Positions 1 through 9,922 are shown, numbered from the stretch's first letter. The stretch is 48,434 nucleotides of DNA from a virus (IMGVR_UViG_3300032259_000006:1-48434); one strand, 5' to 3'. Translations and numbers: made by a program. Notes: generated from the sequence alone by a model not told the origin.

Positions 1-649
1 TGGCCGGGGAGATCACCAGCAGGTTGACCGACGCGCGGTTGACGCTGCTGGCAAACGTGACAGTAACCGTGCCGCTGGACAGGGCGGACGTGACCACGCT
101 ATGAGCGCCGCACATGCCGGCGGACTGGGGCCACTCGGCAGCGTCTTGCAGCAGCGTGTAGCTGTTGCTCGCGCCGTCAGCCACGCCGGTGACCGATACA
201 GCCGAGCCATTGCCGGCGCACAGCAGGATCAGGTCGCCCACCGCGGCCGTGACGCCTGTCACCGCGGCCGTGGTGGATGAAACCGCCGTGTTGTTGAAAT
301 GCGTCGTCGGCGCGGCGGAGTCCGCCCCATAGAGCGTGTACGCCATGCCGGCGAAGTAGAAGAGCCCGCCAGTGAAATCAATACCGGCGGTGCCGGCGTA
401 CAAGCTGGCCTCTGCCAGCCAGAACGAGTGCGTCGAGTTGCCGACGCCGTTGGTGTTGACTACCTCTTGGGCCAGCGTCAACGCTACGTCAGGATTTGAC
501 GGGATCGTGTGCGTGCAACTGTCACCGACATGCTCCTGTTCCTCGCTCCAGAACGTGACCAGCATTCTGTCGTTGCTGGCCACGCCGAGATCGAACGAAC
601 TGACCTCTTGACCCTTCTCGGCCTTGGAGCTATGGACGGAGATTGCCAC
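1..649 (-). CDS. Virion/tail-region protein, 3' end cut by window edge
   Basis: Not in the ORF track because it has no stop in the window. GTG at 649 follows GGAG (660-657). Reads MAISVHSSKAEKGQEV...TFASSVNRASVNLLVISPA off the edge. Ser/Thr/Ala/Val-rich and in the structural operon. Confidence 0.7.
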   Translation of the reverse strand, partial: MAISVHSSKAEKGQEVSSFDLGVASNDRMLVTFWSEEQEHVGDSCTHTIPSNPDVALTLAQEVVNTNGVGNSTHSFWLAEASLYAGTAGIDFTGGLFYFAGMAYTLYGADSAAPTTHFNNTAVSSTTAAVTGVTAAVGDLILLCAGNGSAVSVTGVADGASNSYTLLQDAAEWPQSAGMCGAHSVVTSALSSGTVTVTFASSVNRASVNLLVISPA

Positions 650-665
650 CGGCTGGCTCCGCTAC

Positions 666-950
666 TCAGTCCACTACCGCCCAATCGTCCGCGTCCATAT
701 CGGTTTGACTGGCAAGCCATCCGGGCAGCATGGCGCGCCGGCCGTGCGCGTTGACGGTGTACATATCAAAATGAGGCAGAATCTCGCACTCATCAACGCC
801 GTGATTCTTATAGACGGAGCCATCGAACATCGCGTGAGTTTCGCCGGCGCTGCCGGGATTGTAGATAACCCACATTCCGCGACCGTTCCAGCCCTCTCGG
901 GCCACCTTGCTTCCGGCCTTCGCCGCTTCAATTGCCTGTCCAAAGTTCAT
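666..950 (-). CDS. DUF2829-family protein (Tad2-like anti-defence nucleotide sponge)
   Basis: MNFGQAIEAAKAGSKVAREGWNGRGMWV...GWLASQTDMDADDW matches the DUF2829 pattern (FG.Al..lk.G.kvaR.GWNGkgm; W..SQtD.lAeDW). GAGGA RBS. Confidence 0.85.
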   Translation of the reverse strand: MNFGQAIEAAKAGSKVAREGWNGRGMWVIYNPGSAGETHAMFDGSVYKNHGVDECEILPHFDMYTVNAHGRRAMLPGWLASQTDMDADDWAVVD

Positions 951-1003
951 TTGCTCGTTCCTCTTGTGTCGTCAGAAAGCCGACGCGAACTGTCAGTATC
1001 GCG

Positions 1004-1666
1004 TCAGGCAATGGGGGCGGGCGTGATTCGCATACTTGGCGTGCATCTTGAATGCAACGCAGCCCACAGCGGGGCGGCGCCTCTGACAGCCATTGACAGC
1101 ACCTCCGGCGCATCCTCGTCGCCCGAGTAAGCGCGCATGGCCTCATAGACAATCAGCATGTGCAGATCGCCCGGCATTGCTGGCACGTCCGCATCGCCTG
1201 TTAGCGGCGTTGGTACCGCGTAATACTGGGCTGTTATCGTGTAGATCGTGTCGGGGGGGTCAAGCAGCCGAAGCCGCTTGTCCGGCATCTCCACAATGCC
1301 GCGCGGGCGCTTCGCCTCTCGCTCGCCATAGGCGCCATATGCAAACAGGTCGCCGCGATCAACGAAGGGCAAAGGGCGTTGGTCCGATAGGCCGGCAGCC
1401 TTGTCGCGGACCATGAAGCCGTTCAGCCACCGCGCGACGCCCGCATCGGCGCCGGTGTAGTCAATGTCACTGCCTTGGGTGTCGAACTCGCATTCGCGCC
1501 AGAGCCACGTCCATTCCCGGCGCGAGGCAATGTCATCCCATGCGGCAGAAACCCATGCGGCGATCTTTGCGTCAGATCGGTTAGCGGGCGGCTCCATCGT
1601 GGCCGGGGTTGATCCGACCATGTTGCACAGCAGCCAAACCTTCTGGCACAGCTCCAGATAAGTCAC
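1004..1666 (-). CDS. Head-tail adaptor / tail tubular protein A-like
   Basis: 220 aa, two genes after the capsid. MTYLELCQ start, W.WL motif and C-terminal P.MP.DLH.LIVY.A are typical of podovirus adaptors. Confidence 0.65.
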   Translation of the reverse strand: MTYLELCQKVWLLCNMVGSTPATMEPPANRSDAKIAAWVSAAWDDIASRREWTWLWRECEFDTQGSDIDYTGADAGVARWLNGFMVRDKAAGLSDQRPLPFVDRGDLFAYGAYGEREAKRPRGIVEMPDKRLRLLDPPDTIYTITAQYYAVPTPLTGDADVPAMPGDLHMLIVYEAMRAYSGDEDAPEVLSMAVRGAAPLWAALHSRCTPSMRITPAPIA

Positions 1667-1670
1667 GCCG

Positions 1671-2114
1671 TTATCCCGTCACGATCCGAGATTCGAGCAC
1701 GGTGAAGGGGTACGAATCGGTCAGATCCTCAGACTCCGAAAGAGTGTTCTCATCCAGCGAGTGAAACGTGGCATTGCGCAACACCTCCAGAACCTCTTCG
1801 CTGACGGTAACCTGCACGCCACGCTGGATCTGGACCACCGTGCCGTTGACGCGAAGAATCACGGGCGCTTTGTCCCGGCCGGCGCGATGCAGTCGGATGT
1901 CGTACTCGCGGCGGCGCTTCTTCTTCCGTGCGTTTGCGGCGCGGCCGCGCGGATTCCCCGTGTCGGCTGGCTCTTTTTCCGGCACCTCGCCGATGGCCTG
2001 TTCGATAAGGCTCCGGGCGGTGTCGGCGTCAGTATCCGGGGCGATCTCAATCCCGAGCGTGTCGAGTGCGTACTTGATCAGCTCTTCCGCGCTCGCGGTG
2101 TTCATGTTGTCCAT
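1671..2114 (-). CDS. Hypothetical virion-module protein
   Basis: 147 aa with a strong GGAGG RBS, directly after the major capsid gene. Confidence 0.7.
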   Translation of the reverse strand: MDNMNTASAEELIKYALDTLGIEIAPDTDADTARSLIEQAIGEVPEKEPADTGNPRGRAANARKKKRRREYDIRLHRAGRDKAPVILRVNGTVVQIQRGVQVTVSEEVLEVLRNATFHSLDENTLSESEDLTDSYPFTVLESRIVTG

Positions 2115-2128
2115 CTTCTTTCCTCCGA

Positions 2129-2154
2129 AGCCCGCCGGCGGATTCCGGCGGGCT
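2129..2154 (-). terminator. GC-rich stem-loop after the major capsid gene (weak terminator or processing site)
   Basis: AGCCCGCCGG-N6-CCGGCGGGCT is a perfect 10-bp stem. No U-tract; the next RBS follows immediately. Confidence 0.5.
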
Positions 2155-2165
2155 ACTGCTTGGGG

Positions 2166-3149
2166 TTACAGGCCGGTGCAGGCCACTTCAAGGCGGGTCA
2201 TCCACAGCTCATTCAGCCGGGCCGCCGCGAAGTAGGTTTTCCATCCGACATAGCCGACCTGCCCGAGCGCGTCGGACTTGCTGGGAGTGTCGGGCTGGAG
2301 CACATGGGGCTTGATCGCCTGATCGCCACGCAGCGGGGTCAGGCCGTAGGCTTCGCGACCGATGATTACCACGGGGTAAACGTCGGCGCTGGTGCCGCTG
2401 GTGCTGACCATGCTGCCCGCGGCGCCGCCGGCGTCCTCGAACTTGGTCACAACCGGGGTCAGGATGTACCGCACGCCTTCAACCTTGCCGATTTCATACG
2501 GCATCGGCTTGGTAACGGAATACTTTTCCGCCGGAAGGAAACCGGTCATGTCGCGGATGTCGGCCTCCAAGTCGGTATGACCGAAGCCGATGTAGGCGTC
2601 GCTGACAGGTTCGGTCGCGGTCATCGGGGATGCGGACAGCATCTTGGTGATCGGCTTGGCGCGGGCAGCTTTCAGGGCACGGGTGGCCGCGCGCTGCAAG
2701 CCCAGAGTGATCGGCGTGTTGACCGCGGTCCGAAGGGCGCCGTTGGCGTAATCGACGCTGGTACCGGCACGCAGAACGTTCCAAAGCAGGATCTCAATGG
2801 TCTCGGCCGCCTGCTCACCACACAGCATCGCGGCGTCTTTGAGGACCGGATCTTCCGCCATATCGGCCACATGGTCGGTAATCGAGACCACATGGCCATA
2901 CTGATCCAGAGTCACCGGAACGTCGGTGTAAGTGATGTTGCCCGGAGTCGGCTGGACGCCCTCGGTGAGAGGGGTGAGAGCCGGAGGCAAAATATTTGCC
3001 CGGCGGAACGAGGCCCCGTTGGCCTTGTTGCGCGGGATGGGCTTGGTCAGGCCATACTTGGCCAGAACTTCCACAGGGGCCGCGTGGGACAGCATTTCGG
3101 CTGCCGCCCATGCCGCGGTGCGCTGGTTGATATCGCCGTAAGTGCTCAC
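2166..3149 (-). CDS. Major capsid protein, N4-gp56 family
   Basis: MSTYGDINQRTAAWA, LTEGVQP, LDQYG, YEIGKVEGVRYI and DALGQVGYVGWK are hallmarks of the family. GTG start. Confidence 0.92.
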   Translation of the reverse strand: MSTYGDINQRTAAWAAAEMLSHAAPVEVLAKYGLTKPIPRNKANGASFRRANILPPALTPLTEGVQPTPGNITYTDVPVTLDQYGHVVSITDHVADMAEDPVLKDAAMLCGEQAAETIEILLWNVLRAGTSVDYANGALRTAVNTPITLGLQRAATRALKAARAKPITKMLSASPMTATEPVSDAYIGFGHTDLEADIRDMTGFLPAEKYSVTKPMPYEIGKVEGVRYILTPVVTKFEDAGGAAGSMVSTSGTSADVYPVVIIGREAYGLTPLRGDQAIKPHVLQPDTPSKSDALGQVGYVGWKTYFAAARLNELWMTRLEVACTGL

Positions 3150-3164
3150 TTCTCTTTCTCCCGG

Positions 3165-4214
3165 TTACGCGCGCTTGTCGGCGTTCGCGTAAACCTTAAA
3201 GTAGTCTTCAAATGTCCCTTCGCCATCGTCGCCTTTGTTGACGCGGCCGGCTGGCTTGGACACGGATGCCGCGCGTCGCTGTCGCGCATCGCGGCGGTTG
3301 TTTTGTTCTCCACCCGGTTCGGCCGGTGCGTCGGGCAGGATGCCGGACTCGGCTTTGTACAGACTCAGCAGAGAGATCGCGTCGCGGGGGTCTTCGCTGG
3401 CCGCCAAGGCGCGAATAGACTCTGACTTGCTCGCCTGCCATGTGTTGAAATGGCTGTCGTTTACAAGGTCCGTCCATCCGGGGTGCGCCAGTTCAACATC
3501 GTTCATCGCGGCCTCGCGGGCGGCGACTTGGTGTTGAGTCAGTACCGGTTCAAGCCGGCTGTTCATGTCGCTGATCTGGCTGTGCAGCGATTGGGTAAGC
3601 TCGGCGATATCTGTGCTCGCTCCGCCACCTTTGGCGAGTAGCGTTTCAATCGCTTCCGCCGCTTCGGGCCAGTCCTCTCTGAGACTGGCCAGTGCATCGG
3701 CCTGATCGCCGCCGCCTTCCGGGGGCTGTTGCGATGCTGGGGCCGGCTGCTGCTGTGCACCGCGGTCGGCAGGCTGTGTGCCCGCGGACTGGCGGCCGCT
3801 TTGCATTTGCTGTTTGAGTTCATCGACCTGCCGCTGGTATGCAGCAACGCGGCCGTTGTCACTCTGGATTCTGTGGGCCAAGTCTTGCGCGAGGCGCGCT
3901 TGGCGCTGGTACTCGGTGCGAAGGTTTTCCGGAGCTTCGGCCCAAGGGTCGCCGCTGGGGGGGGTCGAACCATCGTCGGCCGGCAGCTTGTCGCCGCCCG
4001 GCGCCGGTTCATCGCCCGCATCCTTCGGGTCGTCACCGCCGTCCGCTGGCACGCCGCCGTCACCATCACCGGCACCACCGGCACCGACAAACTCGCTGAA
4101 CGCATCGACGAACGATTGTTCGCCATCGCCACCATCGCCACCATCGCCACCCGGCGCAGCCGCGTGAATTCCCATTGTGGCCATCATGTTCTTGCGAAGC
4201 AGGCGCTTGTTCAT
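3165..4214 (-). CDS. Capsid scaffolding protein
   Basis: Immediately upstream of the capsid gene. Acidic low-complexity and coiled-coil sequence with HPGW..LVN...F.TW and 'LLSLYK'. ATG 4214 has an AAGGAG RBS. Confidence 0.75.
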   Translation of the reverse strand: MNKRLLRKNMMATMGIHAAAPGGDGGDGGDGEQSFVDAFSEFVGAGGAGDGDGGVPADGGDDPKDAGDEPAPGGDKLPADDGSTPPSGDPWAEAPENLRTEYQRQARLAQDLAHRIQSDNGRVAAYQRQVDELKQQMQSGRQSAGTQPADRGAQQQPAPASQQPPEGGGDQADALASLREDWPEAAEAIETLLAKGGGASTDIAELTQSLHSQISDMNSRLEPVLTQHQVAAREAAMNDVELAHPGWTDLVNDSHFNTWQASKSESIRALAASEDPRDAISLLSLYKAESGILPDAPAEPGGEQNNRRDARQRRAASVSKPAGRVNKGDDGEGTFEDYFKVYANADKRA

Positions 4215-4290
4215 CGTTCGGTTCTCCTTGCGGCCCTCACGGGGCGGCATTCATTCGGTGAATGTTTGTAACTGCGACCATTCGCGCGAG

Positions 4291-4299
4291 AGTATATCA
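4291..4299 (-). promoter_or_regulatory. Candidate extended -10 promoter for scaffold/capsid genes
   Basis: Minus strand reads TG-A-TATACT, where the TGA is the methylase stop codon. No well-spaced -35. Confidence 0.45.
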
Positions 4300-4986
4300 G
4301 AACCCAGAACAAGGCGCGGCAACCCGCGAAGCATCCGCCCCGTGGATACGGCGCTCCGCGGTCGCGTAATACTCGGGGTCAAGCTCGCAGCCGATGAAGG
4401 GTTGTCCCAGCTCCGCGCATGCAACCCCGGTCGAGCCGGAACCCATAAACGGATCAAACACTGGGGCGCCGCTGCCGTCGTCGGTTGCGCGGATCAGGTC
4501 CGCCATAAGCGCGACCGGCTTGCACGTTGGGTGGCCGTGATCCTCTGACTGGTGCGCCCGCCTGTGTCGAAGCACGCTCGTCGGCCTACCGTTGACGAAC
4601 TTCCTGCGCCCCAAGGTGGCATACCAGATAACGTCGTGCTGTGGCGCGAACGCCCCGAATAAGTCACCCATGCCGTGTGCTTGGCGGTCCCATATCACTT
4701 GGCTCTTAATTTCCAACCCGGCGCACTCTATTTGCCGCCGCCATTCATCCGACGTTTTCCAGTTGCAAAACATAAGAAGCGCCGCGCCCTCGTCCATCTT
4801 CTCGCGGACCGCGTGAAGCCATCGCGGATCAACGCGGTCATCGCTGGCCAACCGCTTATGCCGCGGGCCAGCCTTTGGCCACGCCGACTGGAACGCCATG
4901 CCATAGGGCGGATCAGTGATGCAAGTGTGGATGACATCCATCCCGCGAATCTTGTCGAGGCAATCGCCACGGTAAAGGTCGGCCAT
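4297..4986 (-). CDS. DNA methyltransferase (N6-adenine/N4-cytosine, beta class)
   Basis: GDCL, catalytic TDPPY, HPTCKPVALM and SAM-binding VFDPFMGSGSTG in beta-class order. ATG overlaps the upstream stop (TAATG). Confidence 0.92.
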   Translation of the reverse strand: MADLYRGDCLDKIRGMDVIHTCITDPPYGMAFQSAWPKAGPRHKRLASDDRVDPRWLHAVREKMDEGAALLMFCNWKTSDEWRRQIECAGLEIKSQVIWDRQAHGMGDLFGAFAPQHDVIWYATLGRRKFVNGRPTSVLRHRRAHQSEDHGHPTCKPVALMADLIRATDDGSGAPVFDPFMGSGSTGVACAELGQPFIGCELDPEYYATAERRIHGADASRVAAPCSGF

Positions 4987-5186
4987 TAGTACCCCAGCGA
5001 CCCGACTCGCTGGCTCTCTGGGATGGGATCGGGCGCGCGGCACGCGGCAATAACGCGCCGTACCTCCAATATCCGGCCGCGCGTCTGCTCGCAATTGGCC
5101 GCCACAAGGTCGGCAGTCAATGCCGCCTCGCGCGCCTGCAACGCTTCAATAAGCGCTTCAATGGTTTCTATTTGAGCCTTTGGCAT
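4986..5186 (-). CDS. Small protein downstream of portal
   Basis: 66 aa, helical, packed between the portal and methylase genes. Confidence 0.65.
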   Translation of the reverse strand: MPKAQIETIEALIEALQAREAALTADLVAANCEQTRGRILEVRRVIAACRAPDPIPESQRVGSLGY

Positions 5187-5187
5187 G

Positions 5188-7392
5188 CTAAATCCCCGTC
5201 CCCATATTTCGTTTCAAGGCCATTTCTGCCTGCTTGTTCGCTTCACGCGCTGCGACGCGACGATCCTCCGACGCGCTCCTATCGCGCGCACCTTCGAGCC
5301 GCGCCTGCTCTATGCCAAGCCGCGTCTGCATGTCGGCCACCGTGGTTTCGCGATCCAGTGCCAGCCGGGCAATCGCATAGTATTCATCGCTGCCGATGCG
5401 GGATTGGGCGACTTGCAGGTCAACCTGCGCTTTGATTTTCGCGATTTCAAGCGCTGACTGCGCTTGTATTTGCGCCGCCTGTACGCGAGCCATATCGGCC
5501 GGGCTGCCGCCCTCTCCTTCGTCCGGCTGGGCTTCCGCCGCCGCTGCCAGTTCTTGCTTGGTCTTGATCAGGCCGCGGTGCTCAACATCCATAGACTCCA
5601 GCGCGCGGCGATACAGCTCATCGAAATGCGTCAGCTCGGCGAGGCCGGTTGACTGCGCCAGATTGAGTAGCCCCATCAACGTATCGGCCTGAACCTCGCG
5701 AGTCAGCAGCACCGACGATCCGCGCGCGTCTACTTCCCAATCCCCCTTGATGTCGCCATTTGGCGAGTTCTGCATATTCCAGTTGTAAAACCCGGTAATC
5801 AGCGGGGTTGTGATGTTGTCGTCCCAGAACTTGACCGCTTGGCGCAGAACAATGTTGCCGGCATTCATGAGCATTGCCATACCGCGCACAGTGCCGGTCG
5901 CTTGGCCTTGCTCGCCTTGGCCCAGCATCGGGAGGCCGACTTCCTGATCCACCATCTCCCGCGCCGTGGCCATGATCGCGCCCAGCTCCGGCTGGTGCGA
6001 ATCCACATTGAACGTCGCGAACGCATTGGCAATACCGCCCTGCTGCGAATTCAGGTCGCGCTCGGTGAACCAAAGCTTTCTCGGCGCCAGCTCCCAGTCG
6101 CCATCGGCCGGCCTGATCCGCTCGCGATCAATAACCACCTGCGGTCCGACCGATAAACCGCCGTTGTCCATCTGCATGCGCCACGATGAATCGATAACCC
6201 GCTGGGGATCACGGATCAGCGCCGGAACGCCGTAGCCGAAAACGCTGGACTCAGACGGCGACCAACACGAAACGTGATAGGGGCGCTCTTCCGTCTCCAT
6301 CGGGTTGACCGCAATACGGATGACTTGGCCGTTTGCGATCTCGACAATGGCTTCGATCTCATCGCGGTCATCTTCCTCATCGATTCGGTCATGGTCGGCC
6401 TCGTCGTCCAGCTCCATATTGCCCAGCTCCAGACCGGCACCCATATCGCCGCGACTGATCGTGCCGTGATACTCCCAGATTTCGATGGCCGAATCATCAC
6501 GGTCAGAAACGGAAATGCCCGCCTGCTCGCGTAGCGCGTCAAGCGCATCGCTCGCGATGCGGTGCTCTGACGGATCTGCCTTAAGCGCCAGATCGATGGC
6601 GGGGGAGAGATAGCCGGGCAGCTTCCGCAATCTGGACAGCTCCTTGCGCGCCAACCTCCGGCGCTCGAATATGTAGGCGCAATCCTCTACGCGACTGGTG
6701 CCGGCTTTCAGGCACGGGAAGAAATTCCAAACCGATACATGCTCCGCCCTTGGCCGCAAGTCTTCCTCCACCGAGAGAGCGTATTCCCCGCCCTCCACCT
6801 GCTCCCACCGTTTGCGCACCCTCGTCGAGTTGACCGGCCCTTTAACGATGCCGGTGCCGAAGCTGCACATCTCGGTGATCACGTCGCGGGCGACCCCACG
6901 ATAGCGGCACTCAGTAAGCTGATCGGCGATCTCGTCTTCCATCGCCTCCGCGCGCTCCGCCGCCTCATCGAGCGCAGCCCGCGCCACGTCGGCGGGGTCG
7001 TACTCTGCACCATCCGCAGGGTCGATATCGGTATCGCCTGCCGCGCTGGCCGCCGCGGACAGCTCGGGAACTGGCGTCGGGATCACCCCGAAATTGCGAG
7101 TATCCAGCGGGAACAGCAGATCCGAAAGCCGCGCGGCGGCGGCGTTGCGCTTAGACCTTGAAATATTGAACCGCACCTTTGACCCCGGCGCGTCGTCGTT
7201 GGACGATTCCCGGTGGTCGACCGACAGTTGCGCAAGGTCTCGAAGCATTCGCCGCTCAATATCTCCGCGGTCGCTCACCGCGCGGCGTGCCTTACGAATT
7301 AGCGCCTCGGCCAACGTGGAAAGCTGCGCCTCCATTGCGCTGCGACGTTCGACCGTACTCTGCTCGCCGTCCGGCAATCCCGTTAATGACAT
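5188..7392 (-). CDS. Portal protein
   Basis: About 734 aa directly after TerL. FGTGIVKGP, IEIWEYHG, FGYGVPALIRDPQ and T..G.AMLM motifs plus a C-terminal coiled coil fit P22/N4-like portals. Confidence 0.9.
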   Translation of the reverse strand: MSLTGLPDGEQSTVERRSAMEAQLSTLAEALIRKARRAVSDRGDIERRMLRDLAQLSVDHRESSNDDAPGSKVRFNISRSKRNAAAARLSDLLFPLDTRNFGVIPTPVPELSAAASAAGDTDIDPADGAEYDPADVARAALDEAAERAEAMEDEIADQLTECRYRGVARDVITEMCSFGTGIVKGPVNSTRVRKRWEQVEGGEYALSVEEDLRPRAEHVSVWNFFPCLKAGTSRVEDCAYIFERRRLARKELSRLRKLPGYLSPAIDLALKADPSEHRIASDALDALREQAGISVSDRDDSAIEIWEYHGTISRGDMGAGLELGNMELDDEADHDRIDEEDDRDEIEAIVEIANGQVIRIAVNPMETEERPYHVSCWSPSESSVFGYGVPALIRDPQRVIDSSWRMQMDNGGLSVGPQVVIDRERIRPADGDWELAPRKLWFTERDLNSQQGGIANAFATFNVDSHQPELGAIMATAREMVDQEVGLPMLGQGEQGQATGTVRGMAMLMNAGNIVLRQAVKFWDDNITTPLITGFYNWNMQNSPNGDIKGDWEVDARGSSVLLTREVQADTLMGLLNLAQSTGLAELTHFDELYRRALESMDVEHRGLIKTKQELAAAAEAQPDEGEGGSPADMARVQAAQIQAQSALEIAKIKAQVDLQVAQSRIGSDEYYAIARLALDRETTVADMQTRLGIEQARLEGARDRSASEDRRVAAREANKQAEMALKRNMGTGI

Positions 7393-7393
7393 T

Positions 7394-8896
7394 TCAGTAC
7401 CCTGCGATTTTGTCCCGCACAGCATGCGAAACGATGTAATCGGATGCCGGGCGCGGTGCCGGCGCTTGTTGTGCCACATCTTGCCACGACATGACTAGAT
7501 ATCGAGTCGCATCCATAAGGTGGTCGCTTTCCTTGACAATGTTCCCCGCCTCGTTGCGGCGATAGATGCGCTGTTCCTCAATCCAATTCGTGCAGGTCCG
7601 AAAAACCTTGAGCCGCCCGGACGATAGCCGCTCCATTACCGCATAAAGGCCGGCGCTCACTGCGTTGTCGGCCTTGGACAGCTTGAGGCCAAGGCCAATA
7701 AATACTTGCATGATCTTGGTGCCGTCCATCTGCCCAGAGGCATTGGCTGCCGGATCGATGGCGCCGCGAATCCACTTGCCGCGCGCGTTGATCCCGGCAA
7801 CGTGAACGGATGGCTCCACCTGCCCGCGGTAGTGCTCTGAATACAGATAGAGCACATCGGTGTCTGGATCGAGCGCCCCCCAGATCGCCGCGGTGCGCCG
7901 CCACCCCACGTCGAGGCCATAGGCGCGCGGCCAGTGCTTTGGCAAATCGAGCGGATCGATAACAAACTCTTCCTCATCGACGGGGTAGATTGCGCCCGCG
8001 CCCAACGATGGAACGCCTTTTGATCTCGCATCGCGCTGAAATGCCGGATAGGCCGCAAGCATTTCGGCCTTGGCCTTGGTGCTTAGGTGCGGCACGTCGT
8101 CCCATGTCGCAGTGACTACCAGCGAGCTAGATTGCCTGTCACGGTGATCCGTGTCAGATCTCGCGCGCACCGATTGGATCAGCGGCGTAAGTCCGCGCAG
8201 CGGCGTGAACGTGGAGTAAACGATGCCGCCGGTGGTCGCGGTGCGGGTGATGCCCTCCGCGTAGACCGACGCAGGGCACTCTTCATCTGGCCAGAACAAG
8301 TGCAGCTCGAACCCCTGAAAGATGCGCGCGCCTTGGTCGTAGGACCGGAACATTAGGCGACTCACGCCGCCGGACACATGCCGCACCGTTACAGAATCCA
8401 ACATCTCGCGCACCTGCGGGTGCCGGATGAGGCTGATTATGCTGTCGGCCGGGATCAGGCCGGTGCCGGGATTGGTGAGCGGGCCGACCATTTTGGCTTG
8501 CACCGTGTCCCGGCAAAGCGGAAAGGTTTCGCCCGCGACCATCGCCTCGATAGGGCCATCGAAACGCCTGCCCTCCCACCAATCCGGGTAATTGCCGGTG
8601 AGGTGGCAGACCGCCTCATATCCGCCAGCCATTGTCTTGCCGACGCGGTTGCCGGCCATAAATGTGCGCTCGCGGTAATGCGAGCCACCGGCGAAAAACC
8701 CAAGGTGCTTGGGGTACAGCTCGCGGCGCATCGGGCCGGTGTCGGGGAACATCGACGCGATCACATTGCGCGACCGCCGACGCTCCAACTCGCGAAGCAA
8801 CGCCAGCAATTGCCGCCTGTCCTCCGGCGACATTGCCCGCACCCGATCCATATCAATGGCCGCCCCTTGCGTGTCAATCGTCGGCATCGCCCTCAT
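7394..8896 (-). CDS. terL: Terminase large subunit
   Basis: Walker A AGNRVGKT, Walker B FWPDEE, TFTP motif, nuclease GLDVGW and DHLMDATRY. Confidence 0.95.
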   Translation of the reverse strand: MRAMPTIDTQGAAIDMDRVRAMSPEDRRQLLALLRELERRRSRNVIASMFPDTGPMRRELYPKHLGFFAGGSHYRERTFMAGNRVGKTMAGGYEAVCHLTGNYPDWWEGRRFDGPIEAMVAGETFPLCRDTVQAKMVGPLTNPGTGLIPADSIISLIRHPQVREMLDSVTVRHVSGGVSRLMFRSYDQGARIFQGFELHLFWPDEECPASVYAEGITRTATTGGIVYSTFTPLRGLTPLIQSVRARSDTDHRDRQSSSLVVTATWDDVPHLSTKAKAEMLAAYPAFQRDARSKGVPSLGAGAIYPVDEEEFVIDPLDLPKHWPRAYGLDVGWRRTAAIWGALDPDTDVLYLYSEHYRGQVEPSVHVAGINARGKWIRGAIDPAANASGQMDGTKIMQVFIGLGLKLSKADNAVSAGLYAVMERLSSGRLKVFRTCTNWIEEQRIYRRNEAGNIVKESDHLMDATRYLVMSWQDVAQQAPAPRPASDYIVSHAVRDKIAGY

Positions 8897-9497
8897 CTCC
8901 CGGCAACCGTCCCGCGGCCTGAGCGTCTGCGATCCGTGCGAGCCTCGCGATCTGTTCTAGTATTTCTTCATCGCTCTGGGCCGCGGTGGTGCCGGTAGTC
9001 GTCGCGGCACGGGTAGCGCTCGGCGGAGTCTCGCCGGCGGCCTGTCCCCAGCCGAATCGCTCAGTCATGATCACCGACCATAGGCGCGCCGCTCCGGGCT
9101 GTGCACCGACGTGGCTCTCCACGCCTCGTTCCGCCCATTGCAGCCAGTAGGCTTCGGCCGCGACCTTGCCGCGCTCGCGGGCGCGTGCAAATGGCGGGTG
9201 TATCTCCAGCCAGCCCTGAAACTCCGCCCATGTCAGACCCGCGTCACGACAAAACGTGGCTTCGCTCGCGCCTTGTACTGCCATGTAATCGTAAAGCAGC
9301 GCCGCATATCCGTCGCTGTATGCCGGCGGCGCGTCGGCGTAGTTGCGCGCAGCGGCCGTCATGCGCGCTTGCAGCGTGGCTTGCTGTGCGGTTTGATCGG
9401 GAGCGGTGGCGGCGGGTGCGGGCTTCGGCTTCGGCGCTGGCTTGGGCTTGGGCTTGTTGACGCTGCCCGGCGGCCGACCGCGGCGCGGCGCTGTCAT
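8874..9497 (-). CDS. terS: Terminase small subunit
   Basis: Upstream of and overlapping TerL. HTH-like G.S...F....GLT...F..W...HP.F..A...G...AEAYW. ATG 9497 is in an ATGA overlap. Confidence 0.7.
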   Translation of the reverse strand: MTAPRRGRPPGSVNKPKPKPAPKPKPAPAATAPDQTAQQATLQARMTAAARNYADAPPAYSDGYAALLYDYMAVQGASEATFCRDAGLTWAEFQGWLEIHPPFARARERGKVAAEAYWLQWAERGVESHVGAQPGAARLWSVIMTERFGWGQAAGETPPSATRAATTTGTTAAQSDEEILEQIARLARIADAQAAGRLPGDEGDADD

Positions 9498-9922
9498 GAT
9501 CCACCGCCCTGCCCGCCGAGCTGACTGAATATGTAGGCCAGCAGCGACGCGATCAGCGTCACGGCGCCCGCTGCGATGCCCCATGCTGCGCGGATAACGC
9601 CGCGACTTACCGCCGCGTTGCTTTTAACGCCATGCGCCGCCCGCATGGTGTCGTCATGGTACGCGAGTAGCCGGGCCTCGATTGCCGCCAGCCTGTCCGC
9701 GTGTTGCCCCAGCGCAGCCGCCTGCGTGCTCTGGCGCTCTTCGGCCACCGCGATACGCTGGAGCGCATCGACCACCCGTGGCAGCAGCTCTTCGAGAAGG
9801 TTCGCGATCTGCTCCACGCGCGCATCGAGCTGCGCAAGGTGTACATCTTGGTGAAGATCTGCCGTCTGATCCTGTCTGAGACGGGGCGCGACGGTGCGGG
9901 GAAGTGGCTTGCGTGGTGACAT
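9494..9922 (-). CDS. Coiled-coil protein with C-terminal transmembrane helix (XhlA/holin-like)
   Basis: Heptad-rich core followed by AAWGIAAGAVTLIASLLAYIF. First gene of the late operon. Confidence 0.6.
   Translation of the reverse strand: MSPRKPLPRTVAPRLRQDQTADLHQDVHLAQLDARVEQIANLLEELLPRVVDALQRIAVAEERQSTQAAALGQHADRLAAIEARLLAYHDDTMRAAHGVKSNAAVSRGVIRAAWGIAAGAVTLIASLLAYIFSQLGGQGGGS

Noticed and set aside
1761-3425. 554-aa plus-strand ORF, and other long antisense ORFs such as 41538-42674, 33054-34070 and 27275-28186
   Set aside because: They are shadows of well-supported genes on the opposite strand in high-GC DNA and show no motifs.
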